From the IMG/VR virus record IMGVR_UViG_3300034073_005389, positions 248,001-312,000 of that record: a stretch of DNA of 64,000 bases. One strand, given 5' to 3'. The notes under the pieces are model-generated. The model made no database searches. It was not told the DNA's origin and saw only the letters and a program-made list of their open reading frames with translations. Below, one piece after another: positions 21,886 to 33,396 of this stretch (position 1 is the first letter of the stretch; every line of letters begins with the position of its first letter). Position numbers and translations under genes: made by a program.

Positions 21886-23123
21886 TAGAATTGCTCTTGT
21901 TCAGTAGAGCCATGCAAGGCTAATGTAGACGATTTACCAGCAGCAATAACTTGAGATACTGCATCAAAATAACCTGTACCTACTTCTCGCTGGTGTTTAG
22001 TAGCCGTATATCCAACAGCCTCAGCATTAAATTCTGCTTGCTGCAACTCTGAATAAGCAGCCATTCCTCTATCACGGTATTGATTCGCCAATTGATACAT
22101 AGAGTGATTCAATGAATGGAATCCTGCCAAAGTTACAAACTGGAATTTATAACCCATAGCGCCTAATTCACGCTGAAATTTAGCGATAGTTGCATCATCT
22201 AAATTCTTCTTCCAATTAAAAGAAGGAGAGCAATTATAAGCTAGCAACTTTCCAGGAAATTTGGAATGTACAGCTTCTGCAAAAAGTCTAGCCTGTTCTA
22301 GATCTGGTGTAGAAGTCTCCATCCAAATCAAATCAGCATAAGGAGCATAAGCCAATGCCCTAGCTACAGAACGTTCTAGACCTGTACGGCATAAATAGTA
22401 AAAACCTTCAGGGGTTCGACCTTTATTTGCATCAATATAATGCTTATCATAGGGATCAACATCACTAGTGATAAGATTAGCAGAGTCTGCGTCAGTGCGA
22501 GCAATAATAAGAGTAGGAACTCCCATTACATCTGCTGCAAGTCTAGCGGCATTTAAAGTACGAATGAATTGAGAAGTAGGTACTAGAACTTTACCTCCCA
22601 TATGACCACATTTCTTTTCAGAAGCTAATTGATCTTCAAAATGAATACCAGAAGCACCGGCTTCAATCATAGCTTTAGTTAGTTCAAACACATTAAGAGG
22701 TCCACCAAAACCAGCTTCGGCATCAGCTACGATAGGAGCATACCAATCTGTTTTATTTTTACCTTCTGCGGTTTCAATTTGATCGGCTCGTTGTAGTGCG
22801 TTATTGATACGCTTTACAACGGCAGGAACGCTATTAGCTGGGTATAGGCTTTGGTCTGGATACATTTCTCCAGCTAGATTGGCATCAGCGGCAACCTGCC
22901 AACCAGAAAGATAAATAGCTTTTAATCCGGCTTTGACTTGTTGCATGGCTTGATTGCCAGTAAGAGCACCTAAAGCGGCAACATAAGGTTCTTCATGAAG
23001 AAGCTTCCAAAGCTTGTTAGCGCCATCGGTGGCTAATGTGTAAGCAATTTGTTTTGAGCCTCTGAGGCGCACAACATCTTGATATGTATAATTACGAACA
23101 ATTCCTGCAAATCTTTCTTTCAT
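21885..23123 (-). CDS. aceA: Isocitrate lyase
   Basis: [31 protein letters not shown], catalytic [16 protein letters not shown] and KHQREVG. Confidence 0.97.
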   Translation of the reverse strand: MKERFAGIVRNYTYQDVVRLRGSKQIAYTLATDGANKLWKLLHEEPYVAALGALTGNQAMQQVKAGLKAIYLSGWQVAADANLAGEMYPDQSLYPANSVPAVVKRINNALQRADQIETAEGKNKTDWYAPIVADAEAGFGGPLNVFELTKAMIEAGASGIHFEDQLASEKKCGHMGGKVLVPTSQFIRTLNAARLAADVMGVPTLIIARTDADSANLITSDVDPYDKHYIDANKGRTPEGFYYLCRTGLERSVARALAYAPYADLIWMETSTPDLEQARLFAEAVHSKFPGKLLAYNCSPSFNWKKNLDDATIAKFQRELGAMGYKFQFVTLAGFHSLNHSMYQLANQYRDRGMAAYSELQQAEFNAEAVGYTATKHQREVGTGYFDAVSQVIAAGKSSTLALHGSTEQEQF

Positions 23124-23135
23124 AAAATCTCCAAT

Positions 23136-23759
23136 TTATTTAAAAACTAATTTTATTTGTTTTTTATTAACTATCTTAATAAATTCTTCTTGAGAAGAAG
23201 CTTTAATTTCTTGATTAAAGTAATAAAATTTTTTAATTTTAATAGAACCATCTTCTAAATATTCGATATGTGCGGCATCATCTTCTCGGTGAAGCAATTC
23301 GTGACTATACCATTGCTCTTCCATTCTTAAGCCATTTGAATAATATTTAATATATGCTGGTCCATTTTCTCTATGATAACACCTTGAATGAGGAGGGCTT
23401 GTGCCTGATTTCCAATATTCTTCATATTTAGTACCATCATCATTATAATAAGTAGTGACCGCCCCGCCATCTTTTCTATAATATTTGTTATGTTGCCACC
23501 ACTCTTCTATTTTAATATTTTTGTTTTCAGAATATTGTATTTTAGCTGGACCATCTTCACGATGAAGTTGACCATTTATATAATAACCTTCATATTCAAG
23601 ATCACCATTATCAAAATATGATATATGTGCAGGTCCATCTTCCCGGTGGAGTCGGCATTTATTATACCAAAACTCATCTATTTTATTTAGAAATTTAAAA
23701 TAAATTTCTTTTTTAAGATTATTGGGAGAGTAATAAATAATCTTATTAGTCTTAGACAT
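23136..23759 (-). CDS. MORN-variant (LHREDGPA) repeat protein, YwqK-like
   Basis: About five (L)HRExGPA...Y.x.NG repeats. Confidence 0.8.
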   Translation of the reverse strand: MSKTNKIIYYSPNNLKKEIYFKFLNKIDEFWYNKCRLHREDGPAHISYFDNGDLEYEGYYINGQLHREDGPAKIQYSENKNIKIEEWWQHNKYYRKDGGAVTTYYNDDGTKYEEYWKSGTSPPHSRCYHRENGPAYIKYYSNGLRMEEQWYSHELLHREDDAAHIEYLEDGSIKIKKFYYFNQEIKASSQEEFIKIVNKKQIKLVFK

Positions 23760-23820
23760 AAGAAAAATTTATATAAATCTTTATTTAAGATAATTCAGGC
23801 AAGAATATTTAAATATAAAA

Positions 23821-24093
23821 TTATTTATTAATATCTTGTTTAATTTTATTTAAAATATCTTGCAAAGTAGGTTTTAATAACGACAAAACAGTATCAATAT
23901 CTATTTTATCTAAATCTTCAGCTTCTGGTTTTTCAGAGCAGATATAACTAGAATTAAAATCAGAAATATAACTTTCTGGCGCTTTAGAAAAAGAATTTTT
24001 GTTAACTAATTCTAGCATCATTTGTTTAAATAATGATGCGACCCATTCTTCATTGTTAGTATTTGTCATGAGTGAAAAATATGTCTTATGCAA
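23821..24093 (-). CDS. Hypothetical protein
   Basis: 90-aa ORF. Confidence 0.5.
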   Translation of the reverse strand: MHKTYFSLMTNTNNEEWVASLFKQMMLELVNKNSFSKAPESYISDFNSSYICSEKPEAEDLDKIDIDTVLSLLKPTLQDILNKIKQDINK

Positions 24094-24129
24094 ATATAAG
24101 TCAAGTAAGAGTTCTATTATAATAAATTA

Positions 24130-25368
24130 CTATGCGCCATAATCTGTTTTCCAAGGCGCAAAGCCTAATACTTTAAATAAGTCTAATTTATTTGGAGTAT
24201 TATTATATTGAGTTCTAGTAACATTACCATAAGCTACAACAGAAGGATTAGTAAAGCTATACTTCAACATATAGTTGTTAGCAAATATGGCTGAATTACC
24301 ATTTCCACCAAATAAAAATGCACGATCATAAATAACTGCCAAATGTGAAGAAGATACATTTCCTGGAATAGTTTTACCAGTATCTCCCCATTGAAGCGGT
24401 GAGGATAAGCTACATTGTAAAATCTTAGTCTGATATTTTTCATTTATTGCTGCATTGGTAGGAGTGATAAGATATCCTTTATCTCCTATAGTAAAAAACT
24501 GACCACAACATACTTCAAAGGGCAAGATAAATAAAGAAGTAGACCATGTAGTTGGATTGCTTAATGAGGCAGTAAAAATACTATTAACAGGATTACCATC
24601 AAAATTTTGACCACCAAACAAATACACGTTATTATCTATAATCCCTAAATGGGAATTATAGAGCGGTATTGGTAATGTCATTCCTGTATCTACCCAATTT
24701 AAGGGATCATTGGCTGGCGCTCGCAAAATAGCACTTGTAGCATGAGTTATTTCATATCCTCCAAATAAATAAATATAATTATCTATAATTGCTAACTGTG
24801 AATTTTGCAATCTTTTAGGCAACAAAGGACCATGATCTGTCCAGTCTAAAGGATTAGAGATACTGGCAGAATAAATATGATCAGTGCTTTGCGTATCTGC
24901 CCCGCCAAATAAATAAATATATCCATCAATAATAGCTAATTGAGATCCAGAAATTGCACTAGGCAATTGACCTACCACTTGCCATTCAGCTGGTCTGCTT
25001 AAACTTGCTTTTAATATACTATTAGAATACTTACCGCCAAATATATAAACGCTTCCCGAGTAACCATCATAGCCATCATACCCATCAATGATAGCAATTT
25101 GTCCTTCATAAAGTGATTCTGGTAAAACCTTTTTCATAGGTGACCAGGTTACTACATCAGGAAATGATATGTTAAATGGGAAGTTGAAATCGGCAATTAC
25201 TGAACTATCTAAAATAGCATAAGCTTGTACGTCTACAAAAGGATTATTTCCTGATTTTAACCCTGTATAATATTGGGCACTAAAATCAGGCTCATTATCT
25301 ACTACCCAAGTTCTATATTGGGTAATATTTAAATCTACATCTCTACCAATCATTTTATAGCGTACCAT
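24130..25368 (-). CDS. Kelch-repeat beta-propeller protein
   Basis: Repeated SQLAIIDxYIYLFGG...I..A...P..W units (about six). Confidence 0.85.
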   Translation of the reverse strand: MVRYKMIGRDVDLNITQYRTWVVDNEPDFSAQYYTGLKSGNNPFVDVQAYAILDSSVIADFNFPFNISFPDVVTWSPMKKVLPESLYEGQIAIIDGYDGYDGYSGSVYIFGGKYSNSILKASLSRPAEWQVVGQLPSAISGSQLAIIDGYIYLFGGADTQSTDHIYSASISNPLDWTDHGPLLPKRLQNSQLAIIDNYIYLFGGYEITHATSAILRAPANDPLNWVDTGMTLPIPLYNSHLGIIDNNVYLFGGQNFDGNPVNSIFTASLSNPTTWSTSLFILPFEVCCGQFFTIGDKGYLITPTNAAINEKYQTKILQCSLSSPLQWGDTGKTIPGNVSSSHLAVIYDRAFLFGGNGNSAIFANNYMLKYSFTNPSVVAYGNVTRTQYNNTPNKLDLFKVLGFAPWKTDYGA

Positions 25369-25386
25369 ATAGGTTATGCTATAATA

Positions 25387-26886
25387 TTATATTGATGAAA
25401 ACTTAGAAACTAAAACAAGTCTAGATTTTGCTCTCGTAGCTGCTACATAAGCAATATTAGCTTCTTCATTTGGTTTTTCTACAAATTTTAGACTTGGTTC
25501 TAGCCATTGGCGCAAAGTCCATTTTAAAATAAAAACATCTTCTTTTTCTAATCCTTTAGCTCTATGTACGGTAGAAAGGATAATAACATTTTTCTCATCT
25601 GTATCATTAAAAAGCTCGATTGCTTTTTGTTCTACCTCATTAGTAGAGGAGCATTCTTCGCAAAGATTAACTAAGCATTCATATCTATCTAGTACGTTTT
25701 CTGTATTAATATTTTTTTCTTTTAACTTTTCTACTTCTTCATCTTTCCATTTTTCCAACCATTTTAAGAAAGCTGGTATTTGTTTTTTCTTAGATTTTTT
25801 AACTAAAAATCCTAATTGTTTGCCTACGTCTCTGCCCCGGATATTAGCTTTAATACCCATTTTAATAAACTGCATACAAATTTTAATCATAGGAGCATTA
25901 GTCCTAGACAAAATAAAAGCTCCAGGTTTTGCTTTATTATAAAGCTCATTTAATGAGATTTCTTCTACCACTCCTTCTTTGGCAGAATCAGGGCAGGTAA
26001 TGTCTGGAACCCAATGTTTAGCTAATGCAATTACTTTTTTAGGGCAACGATAAGAAATAGGTAGTGTTAGTATCTTAGAATTATTTTGTTTTTTTAAATC
26101 TTGGATAATAGAAGAGTCTGCAAATCTCCAACCATAAATAGCTTGATTAGGATCTCCTACTACGATCATTCTACCGCCAGCGGTGCAGACTTTTTTAGCC
26201 ATGACTAATTGAGATCTATTTAAGTCTTGAGCTTCATCAGAAAAAACATAATGATATTGTCCTAAAAACAAATTATATACAAATGGAAACCAACACATAT
26301 CGTTAAAATCGATTTTGTTAGTAATGGCTTTATCTTTTGCCAGAGCTTTTATTACATATTGAATAAAAGTTTTTCTTTCTATTTCACATAAATCAACTCC
26401 AAATTGATCAATAATATGATCAATTTGAGAGGGGGTGTCTTGCAAGCTATATTTACAATAAGCAATTGTGTCAGATAAATTGACCAACAAATCATACTCT
26501 GTATCTTCTCCTAATAAGTCTTTTAGGATAGAGAAAATTTTGTTATCATCAATTTCTACATTACCAAACTTTTGTTTAATGGCACGATATCCTAAAGAAT
26601 GAAAAGTAAGAACATCTACATACGAAGGAGATCTAGATCGTAGTTCTTCTTGAATTATCTTATTGAAGGCTAAAGCAATTGCTTTTTTACCTCTTGGAAT
26701 ATATTTAAAGCTTTCTACAATAGAAGTTGTTTTGCTAGCTCCAGCATATGCTTCTACAATAGTATGACCTTCGCCTTGAGCGATATCTTTAAATAAAGCT
26801 TTTTGATAGGAAGACCACTCTAATTTAGGCGCAGGCTTAATTAGATAAGATGTATCTTCTTTTTTAGGAGGAAATTTTTTATTCAT
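25387..26886 (-). CDS. UvrD/Rep superfamily 1 helicase
   Basis: EAYAGASKT (atypical Walker A), DEAQD, VGDPNQAIYGWR, SYRCP, STVHRAKGLE and YVAATRAK. Confidence 0.92.
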   Translation of the reverse strand: MNKKFPPKKEDTSYLIKPAPKLEWSSYQKALFKDIAQGEGHTIVEAYAGASKTTSIVESFKYIPRGKKAIALAFNKIIQEELRSRSPSYVDVLTFHSLGYRAIKQKFGNVEIDDNKIFSILKDLLGEDTEYDLLVNLSDTIAYCKYSLQDTPSQIDHIIDQFGVDLCEIERKTFIQYVIKALAKDKAITNKIDFNDMCWFPFVYNLFLGQYHYVFSDEAQDLNRSQLVMAKKVCTAGGRMIVVGDPNQAIYGWRFADSSIIQDLKKQNNSKILTLPISYRCPKKVIALAKHWVPDITCPDSAKEGVVEEISLNELYNKAKPGAFILSRTNAPMIKICMQFIKMGIKANIRGRDVGKQLGFLVKKSKKKQIPAFLKWLEKWKDEEVEKLKEKNINTENVLDRYECLVNLCEECSSTNEVEQKAIELFNDTDEKNVIILSTVHRAKGLEKEDVFILKWTLRQWLEPSLKFVEKPNEEANIAYVAATRAKSRLVLVSKFSSI

Positions 26887-28321
26887 TTCAAGAAAATGCT
26901 AGGTATTTTTTTACATCAAATAATTCTATAGGAGAATCTCCTACTTTATACAAGTTAATTAATCTAGACCTAGACATTAAAATATACTCTAAATAATTAG
27001 TATTAATCACTGATTTTTTATTTTCATTGCTAAACTGCATAATATTTTTTTTCATTTTTTTCAAATTAGCTAATCTTATCTTATTTATAAGATCTGGCTC
27101 AATTTCAACTTGATCTATTTTTTCAATTAGATTATGTTCTTTTTTGACTACAAATCTATAATTATCTGCCTCTAAATAAGCAGTTTCATTTAAACATGAA
27201 GGATCTTCATTAGCAAGAAGATTACAAAACAACATGCCATTTTTAATGTTTTGGTTGGTAAAATTAAACTTTTTTATGGTAGCAAATGGCTTATACCAAG
27301 TAGTATTAACAAAACCTACAAAAACAAAAACATCACCTCTTTTGTTTTTATAAACTCCGCCTGCCTCTAATTTCTTTTTTGGAATTAAAGGCATATTTTT
27401 TTTATTATTGTAGTCTAATATAAGATTATGAATTTCAGAATCAATTCTAACTAATCTAGTAGAAGATCCTATTTTAGCCCATATATATTCACCTGGCAGA
27501 ACTCCACCAACTTTGCACCCCTCTTTAATTAGAGCGTCTAATAAAACATCATCTTTTAAATCTACTAAATAATTATTTATTACTACTTTAATTTGAGTAG
27601 AAGATCCATATCTTTTAATGGAAAAGAGTCTTATGTTTTTAATGGGATTATTATCAACTTCTATTGAAGTAGGTATTGGTCTAGCATATCCTTTTAAGAG
27701 GTTTTGTGCTACTTTTAAGCTTTTTGCATCATTAGGATCAGCAACTGATGCTTGACAAACTAATTCTTCATTTTTATTTTTTCTAGATTTATAATCTAGC
27801 CCCCAATTTACACCTTGGAGCATTTTCTTTTCTGGTAAATAAAAATAAACAATTTTTTGGGGAATAGATCCGGCTATATTCATAATATCCTTCTTGCTCA
27901 AGAATAAACGCTTAATTTTCCTGTTTTATTAACAGTTTTAATCATTCTACACATAAAATCAATAACTGAATCTACATTATCAGTTTTAAATAAACCATTA
28001 GATTGTTGAGGCGCGCAGTAATTTACTATATCTCTTAAATCTTGAAATCTAAAATCTGATAATGGAATTATATTTGTTCCATCTATAACACAACGATTCT
28101 GATCTCTAATTATTTGAGAAATAGAAAAATTTATCTCAAATTCTTGATCTTGTTTTTTAGACGTAAAAATAACTTTATATTTGTCTAAATTGATATGATA
28201 AGTAATTTCTGGAATTATAGAAACATAATGTGTAGCTTGCCGCCTAAATTGGGTAAAATCTAAACTTTCATTAAAATGAAATGTAAACAACATATATTAT
28301 ACCTTTCACAGCCTCTACTAC

Positions 28322-28349
28322 AGAGTATATTTTATAAATAGCTTGTCAA
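28322..28349 (-). promoter_or_regulatory. sigma70-like promoter TTGACA-N16-TACTCT
   Basis: TTGACA at 28344-28349 and TAnnnT at 28322-28327. Confidence 0.6.
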
Positions 28350-28370
28350 GCGTAACTAATTTTAAAAATT

Positions 28371-28397
28371 AAAAAAGACGCAACATTGCGCCTTTTT
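28371..28397. terminator. Probable intrinsic terminator
   Basis: CGCA/TGCG stem flanked by A- and T-tracts. Confidence 0.45.
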
Positions 28398-29310
28398 AAG
28401 AAAATATATATTGAAAGTTAATTAATACAAGAAAGATTTAGTTTTTGGTTCTCCATTTCATATTTATTGATAATATCTAAACAAATAGAAGCTTGACTTA
28501 CAGCATCTCCAAAATATGGATTTTTAGATATTGATTCTAAAAAATTTTTGATGAAAGGTAATGATTCTTTTTTTACTATATTATTTTTAATTGCTTCGTT
28601 TATACCTACCTCTAAAATATGTTCCATTTGTGTTTGAACTTGCCAGCCAAGCTTATTGTATTCCTGACAAATATGTATAATGTCAGAAATATCTAACGGA
28701 ATACTGTACTCTTCTTCCGTGACTTGAGGTGTGTTCAGCCAAAAAATATTAGAAATATTAGTAGTCATCGGTAACTCCATATCAAGATAGTATTTACACT
28801 GTGTAATTTTTATTTATTTCTAACTCCTCCTATGATAATATGCTTACCATATTATACCAAAATATTAGAAATATTACACTTAAATCTCAATAAGAAATTA
28901 ACCTAAATAATCATATATTACATCAAAACCATAAACATTATATAAGTCTTCTAACTCACTTCTTAAGTTTGAAAAAGTCACAGAAAAATTAGTTAGTGAA
29001 TTTTCTCCATCATGAATTTCAAAAAATATATCTTGAATTATATTTTGAGGATATTCTTCCTGCAAAGACCCAATTATTCTTAATAAAGTAGTTGAAGGAT
29101 CCCTGTCTGTAATAGGATCTATCTCCACTAATTTCACATACTTTTCTTTATTTATTTTAGAATCAGTAAAATGTATTAATACATTTCCAACACAAGATTG
29201 AATATATTTTATTATATCAAGATTCATATAATGAACATAAACAATATCTCTATTATATTCATCAATTCCTACACTATCAAACCAATCTTGGTTCTTAAAA
29301 CTTTCTAATT

Positions 29311-29907
29311 TCATATTCTATATTTTTTCTCTATTTTAGAAGCTACTTTTATTAGTTTTTGAACTGAATCAATTAATGAAGCCTGAGCGGCAGGTTTGGC
29401 TTCTCCCCTACCACTTAGAGCTTGTTGCTGACCAGCATCTGGTGCTGGGGCTTTTACACTTGATAATGCAAGATTGGCAGAAGATGATATCTCATTTAAT
29501 GCTTCTTTTACTTTGTTTAAGTAATTTGCACTATTATTTAATGTTGCATCTTTATTTTCAGGATTCATCTCCTGAACAATGCCCAATAAATCCATTAATG
29601 GTTTTGCTACACTCATATCTACAGATTTATTCATAATATAAGGAGCAACGCTAGTATATGCAAAATGTTTTGCTGGAGCAGTTAATTGTCCATCTTGAAC
29701 TAACTTATAATAAGCCTCTGCATTGCTCTTTAATTTATTAACAGCATCGATAATTTCTGCATCTTTTCCATTATCCTGAGGAGCTAATCTGCGACGAGCA
29801 TTTAACATATTAGTGGCAACTATTGGTTTAACCAAATTAATTAATTTTGCAGCTGCTGCTTCAACTTGTTTCATTGCCATAATTGGATTCATTGGAAGTG
29901 TTGCCAT
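29311..29907 (-). CDS. Hypothetical Ala-rich helical protein
   Basis: 198 aa; C-terminal LIKVASKIEKKY resembles the shared leader motif. Confidence 0.6.
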   Translation of the reverse strand: MATLPMNPIMAMKQVEAAAAKLINLVKPIVATNMLNARRRLAPQDNGKDAEIIDAVNKLKSNAEAYYKLVQDGQLTAPAKHFAYTSVAPYIMNKSVDMSVAKPLMDLLGIVQEMNPENKDATLNNSANYLNKVKEALNEISSSANLALSSVKAPAPDAGQQQALSGRGEAKPAAQASLIDSVQKLIKVASKIEKKYRI

Positions 29908-29980
29908 AATTATTCCTTTATATTAAAACTTTAATATAATAATATTATATTACTATGTAATATAACTTTAAAGGACTTGT

Positions 29981-30574
29981 ATGAACGATATTGATCCTAT
30001 TAACTATTTATTTGTAATAGCAGAATATGTAGAAGAAAAATATACTAAGACTGGCGATCAGCTAGTTGTTACTGCTGCTAAAAAGAAAAAACCATCAGGC
30101 ATTGCCACCAAAACAAATCCAGCCCTATGGAGTCGCTGCAAGAGCGAAGCCAAGTCTAGAATGGGAGGTAAGCATTCCGCCAGAGCTATGCAACTAGCTG
30201 TCAAATTATATAAACAACGTGGCGGTGGATTTAGAGGTGGTAAACCAACTGCCAAAACAAATAAAATGAAAAAATGGACCAAACAAAAATGGATGTATCT
30301 TTCTGACTTTAAAAAGAAAAAAAAAGACAGAAATAAACTAGATGACAATAATGTCGATGATTATGCTGATGAATATACTAATTACATCAATGATGATATT
30401 GGATACATAGACGATAATGATATCGGAAGATATCTACCAGAAGATAAATGGGAATCACTATCACCTGGCGAAAGAGAAGCCACAGATAAAAAAAAGAGAA
30501 AAGAAGGTAAAAATAAGCAATATGTTCCCAATACAGAAAAAGCAAAAGTAAAATCTAAAAGAAAATATTACTGA
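29981..30574 (+). CDS. Basic hypothetical phage protein
   Basis: TNPALWSRCK...HSARAMQLAVKLYKQRGGGFRG and GRYLPEDKWESLSPGEREATDKKKR segments. Confidence 0.65.
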   Translation: MNDIDPINYLFVIAEYVEEKYTKTGDQLVVTAAKKKKPSGIATKTNPALWSRCKSEAKSRMGGKHSARAMQLAVKLYKQRGGGFRGGKPTAKTNKMKKWTKQKWMYLSDFKKKKKDRNKLDDNNVDDYADEYTNYINDDIGYIDDNDIGRYLPEDKWESLSPGEREATDKKKRKEGKNKQYVPNTEKAKVKSKRKYY

Positions 30575-31096
30575 TTATTTTTTATTAGCCAATTCGTAAT
30601 TATTATATCTATCATCATCTGTTACCTCCTTAACTACTTTTAAGTAAGGAGGTATTTTTACTTTATCTTTTTTATTCTCTAATTCAACTTCTAATAATGC
30701 TAATCCTGCTAAATCATTTTTAAAAACATCTAATTCAAATACATGATCTTCATGTTTAAATAAAAATCTAATTTTCTCTACTGACTTTTTATCAGGATGA
30801 CATTTTTTTACTAATTTATTATATTCTTCTTTAGATATTTCTTTTTCTTCTTCTTTATTTGTACTTGGATCTGAAGTTTTATATTTTTTATTGTAATGAT
30901 AAACTGTTTCTGTATCTCCAGCCAAACCCTCTACTGTTTTTCTAACTCTTGGAGATATTCCGTCTTTGTCTGGTTCAAGATAAAACTGAACAATTCTTTT
31001 TACATCTATTAAATGATCAAATAGTTTACCTAAATCCGACCAAGATTTAGGTAATTTAATAACAAATTTTCTTTCAATTTCTAATTTTTTACCCAT
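30575..31096 (-). CDS. CYTH-domain protein
   Basis: LEIERKF (ExExK), FELDVF, LLEVEL and EVTDDDRYNN. Confidence 0.88.
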   Translation of the reverse strand: MGKKLEIERKFVIKLPKSWSDLGKLFDHLIDVKRIVQFYLEPDKDGISPRVRKTVEGLAGDTETVYHYNKKYKTSDPSTNKEEEKEISKEEYNKLVKKCHPDKKSVEKIRFLFKHEDHVFELDVFKNDLAGLALLEVELENKKDKVKIPPYLKVVKEVTDDDRYNNYELANKK

Positions 31097-31101
31097 AATT
31101 A

Positions 31102-31740
31102 CTAATCCAAGTTAATATAAACTACTATAGTATTTTCTGATGAAGCAAAAGAATACAAAGAAGAACTTGGCTCCCATTCTTCTCCAGCAGCAAAAGCCAT
31201 TATTTCCATAAAGTCTAAAGGCTCATCCCACTCCAAAGAAGCTTTTTTCTTTCTTGGGTCTTCCATGCCCTCATATTTTCTTTTATAGTATTCGCTATCA
31301 ATGGCTTTTTGAGCATCAAATTTGTCTATTAACTTTAATTGAATTCTTCGACTATATTTACCCGCACAAGATCTAGAACAAAAGGGACCACTTTTGTTCT
31401 TTTTAGCTTTATCACGAATTAATCTAGGAGACCTTTCAAATTCTTTATCACACCATGCACAGTTAAATTTAACCATTTTTACACGGCGAGTATCATTGGC
31501 ACTATGCTCTTTACGAGGAACTAGTCTTAAATTACTAATATCATTGTTATCAAAATTAGAATCCCAGTGGTCCACTGTTTCTTTGTCAGGGTGTAATTTC
31601 CTGCCAAGATGAAGTTCCATAACCCATTTAGGGTATGAAACAGTGCGGCGTTTACCTTTACGGTCCACCACAATAACTATTTTTCTATTATCTTGTCTAG
31701 TATAGGGTCCCCATACTTTAAACTTATCTGCATATGCCAT
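31102..31740 (-). CDS. HNH endonuclease with zinc finger
   Basis: VMELHLGRKL...VDHWDSNFDNNDISNL; CAWC...FCSRSC. Confidence 0.82.
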   Translation of the reverse strand: MAYADKFKVWGPYTRQDNRKIVIVVDRKGKRRTVSYPKWVMELHLGRKLHPDKETVDHWDSNFDNNDISNLRLVPRKEHSANDTRRVKMVKFNCAWCDKEFERSPRLIRDKAKKNKSGPFCSRSCAGKYSRRIQLKLIDKFDAQKAIDSEYYKRKYEGMEDPRKKKASLEWDEPLDFMEIMAFAAGEEWEPSSSLYSFASSENTIVVYINLD

Positions 31741-31824
31741 GCTTTATATAATAAAATATTCGTAATTAAACTATCTTATCTTTTATAAAGATCACCAATT
31801 ACACCTTTATATTTCCTACTATAA

Positions 31825-32235
31825 TCAACCTATTTGGGCGAAAGCATGTCGTATTTTTCCTGACTTGCTAACAAAGACATTGCCACGACAAACGTCTCCG
31901 TCATCTATAGAAAGATTATAAAATACGAATTGTATTAGTGAAGTGTTAGTTTCACAATCTAATATACTATGTAATTCCCAATTTTCTGGCTTACTAGCCT
32001 CTTGTTGTAAAAAGCTAGACATTTGCTCTGGAGTTTCTAGTAATTTACTATAATCTCCATTTGGAGCGATGTTAGCCACTTCTTGGCACACCTTTTCGGA
32101 ATTGTATTTTAAATAATTAGATAATGACTCTTTTAAATCATTAATAAAAATATTTAATTTTTCTTTAACTTTAGCATCAATAACTTCAATGGTATCATTC
32201 GGCTGTAAATTTAATTCTTCAATTGAATTGATCAT
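31825..32235 (-). CDS. Hypothetical protein
   Basis: 136-aa ORF. Confidence 0.6.
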   Translation of the reverse strand: MINSIEELNLQPNDTIEVIDAKVKEKLNIFINDLKESLSNYLKYNSEKVCQEVANIAPNGDYSKLLETPEQMSSFLQQEASKPENWELHSILDCETNTSLIQFVFYNLSIDDGDVCRGNVFVSKSGKIRHAFAQIG

Positions 32236-32298
32236 AATTATTCCTTTATATAAATTACTACTAATTAGATATGTATATGTCTAATCTTTTGGTGATTT

Positions 32299-33396
32299 AT
32301 GTCAAACGAAAAAACAAAAAATATAACAATACAACAAATAGATAAGTTAGCAACTATTTTAGAATCTAATTCTTTTAGAATAAAAAAAGAAGCTGGTAAA
32401 TATCAGGGACTAGCTAAATTATTTCAAAAAAGCTTTACACAAGCGCTTGGAGGAGCTACAGATGATGCGGCAAAAGCGGCGGCAACAAATGCCGCAAAAA
32501 ATGCTGTAAGAGCTAAAATAACTAATGATCCTGCTTTACTGGCTAGAATACAAGCCAGCACTGGGTTTACTAGTATAGACGATTTTATAGATCAAGCTGC
32601 TAAAAAAGGAATGAAAAAAATAAAATTGCCAGGACCCCCAACGCCCAATAGTCGTATACCGCCAGACCTTCAGCAATATTTAAAGTATGATGATGCTGCA
32701 AAAAAATATGTAACCACTGGTGTGCCTCCTGCAGCAGAAAGAAGAGCTATTCAAAAACAAATTTCTACTTTTATTGCAGGACAAAATAAATTAAATGCAG
32801 ATGCTGCTAAAGCAGCCGCAAAAGCTGCCAGAGACTTAGCAAAATTTCAAGCAGGTATTGATGCCGCTGTAGAGGGCATGGGTTTTACCGCTAAAGCCAG
32901 AAAAGGGGCAATAGCTTTAGGCTCATTATCTGTACTATACTTCATGCTAACAGGCAAATCTGCAAGCAGTGAAGATCCAAATAGTCAAAAAGTTATTAAA
33001 AAAGTAATGGAAAATGCAGGCTCTATGACTGATAATAGTATCAAACTTCCAAATCTAACTAATAAAATAAGCAGCTTTACTTCATCTCTTAATTCATTAA
33101 ATGTATCAGAAGAAAAGAAAACACGCTTATCAGGCTATATAGATAAATTATCTTCTATCCAAAAAGCATTAGAAAAATGCGGCGAGCCTTTATCTGATAA
33201 AAATGCAAATACTTTTACAGAAAATTTAAAAACAGCTGAAAATGAAATTAATTCATATTTAGGAAAACATGATAATTTAATTGCGTTCTTAACCAAGAAT
33301 TCAGATTTAGGTCCAGCAGCAGAAGGAATTAAACAAGATTTAATAAATTACCTAGGCGCAGTTGAAGAAACCCGCAAAAATATGGGGAAAGCATAA
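32299..33396 (+). CDS. Ala-rich helical protein with a hydrophobic segment (possible virion/internal protein)
   Basis: 365 aa; IALGSLSVLYFMLTG segment; leader ending IKKEA. Confidence 0.65.
   Translation: MSNEKTKNITIQQIDKLATILESNSFRIKKEAGKYQGLAKLFQKSFTQALGGATDDAAKAAATNAAKNAVRAKITNDPALLARIQASTGFTSIDDFIDQAAKKGMKKIKLPGPPTPNSRIPPDLQQYLKYDDAAKKYVTTGVPPAAERRAIQKQISTFIAGQNKLNADAAKAAAKAARDLAKFQAGIDAAVEGMGFTAKARKGAIALGSLSVLYFMLTGKSASSEDPNSQKVIKKVMENAGSMTDNSIKLPNLTNKISSFTSSLNSLNVSEEKKTRLSGYIDKLSSIQKALEKCGEPLSDKNANTFTENLKTAENEINSYLGKHDNLIAFLTKNSDLGPAAEGIKQDLINYLGAVEETRKNMGKA

Larger units (their letters stand above)
26888..29314 (-). other. Four hypothetical ORFs (337, 131, 120, 138 aa)
   Basis: Intact co-oriented ORFs; no family recognised. 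Confidence 0.65.
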
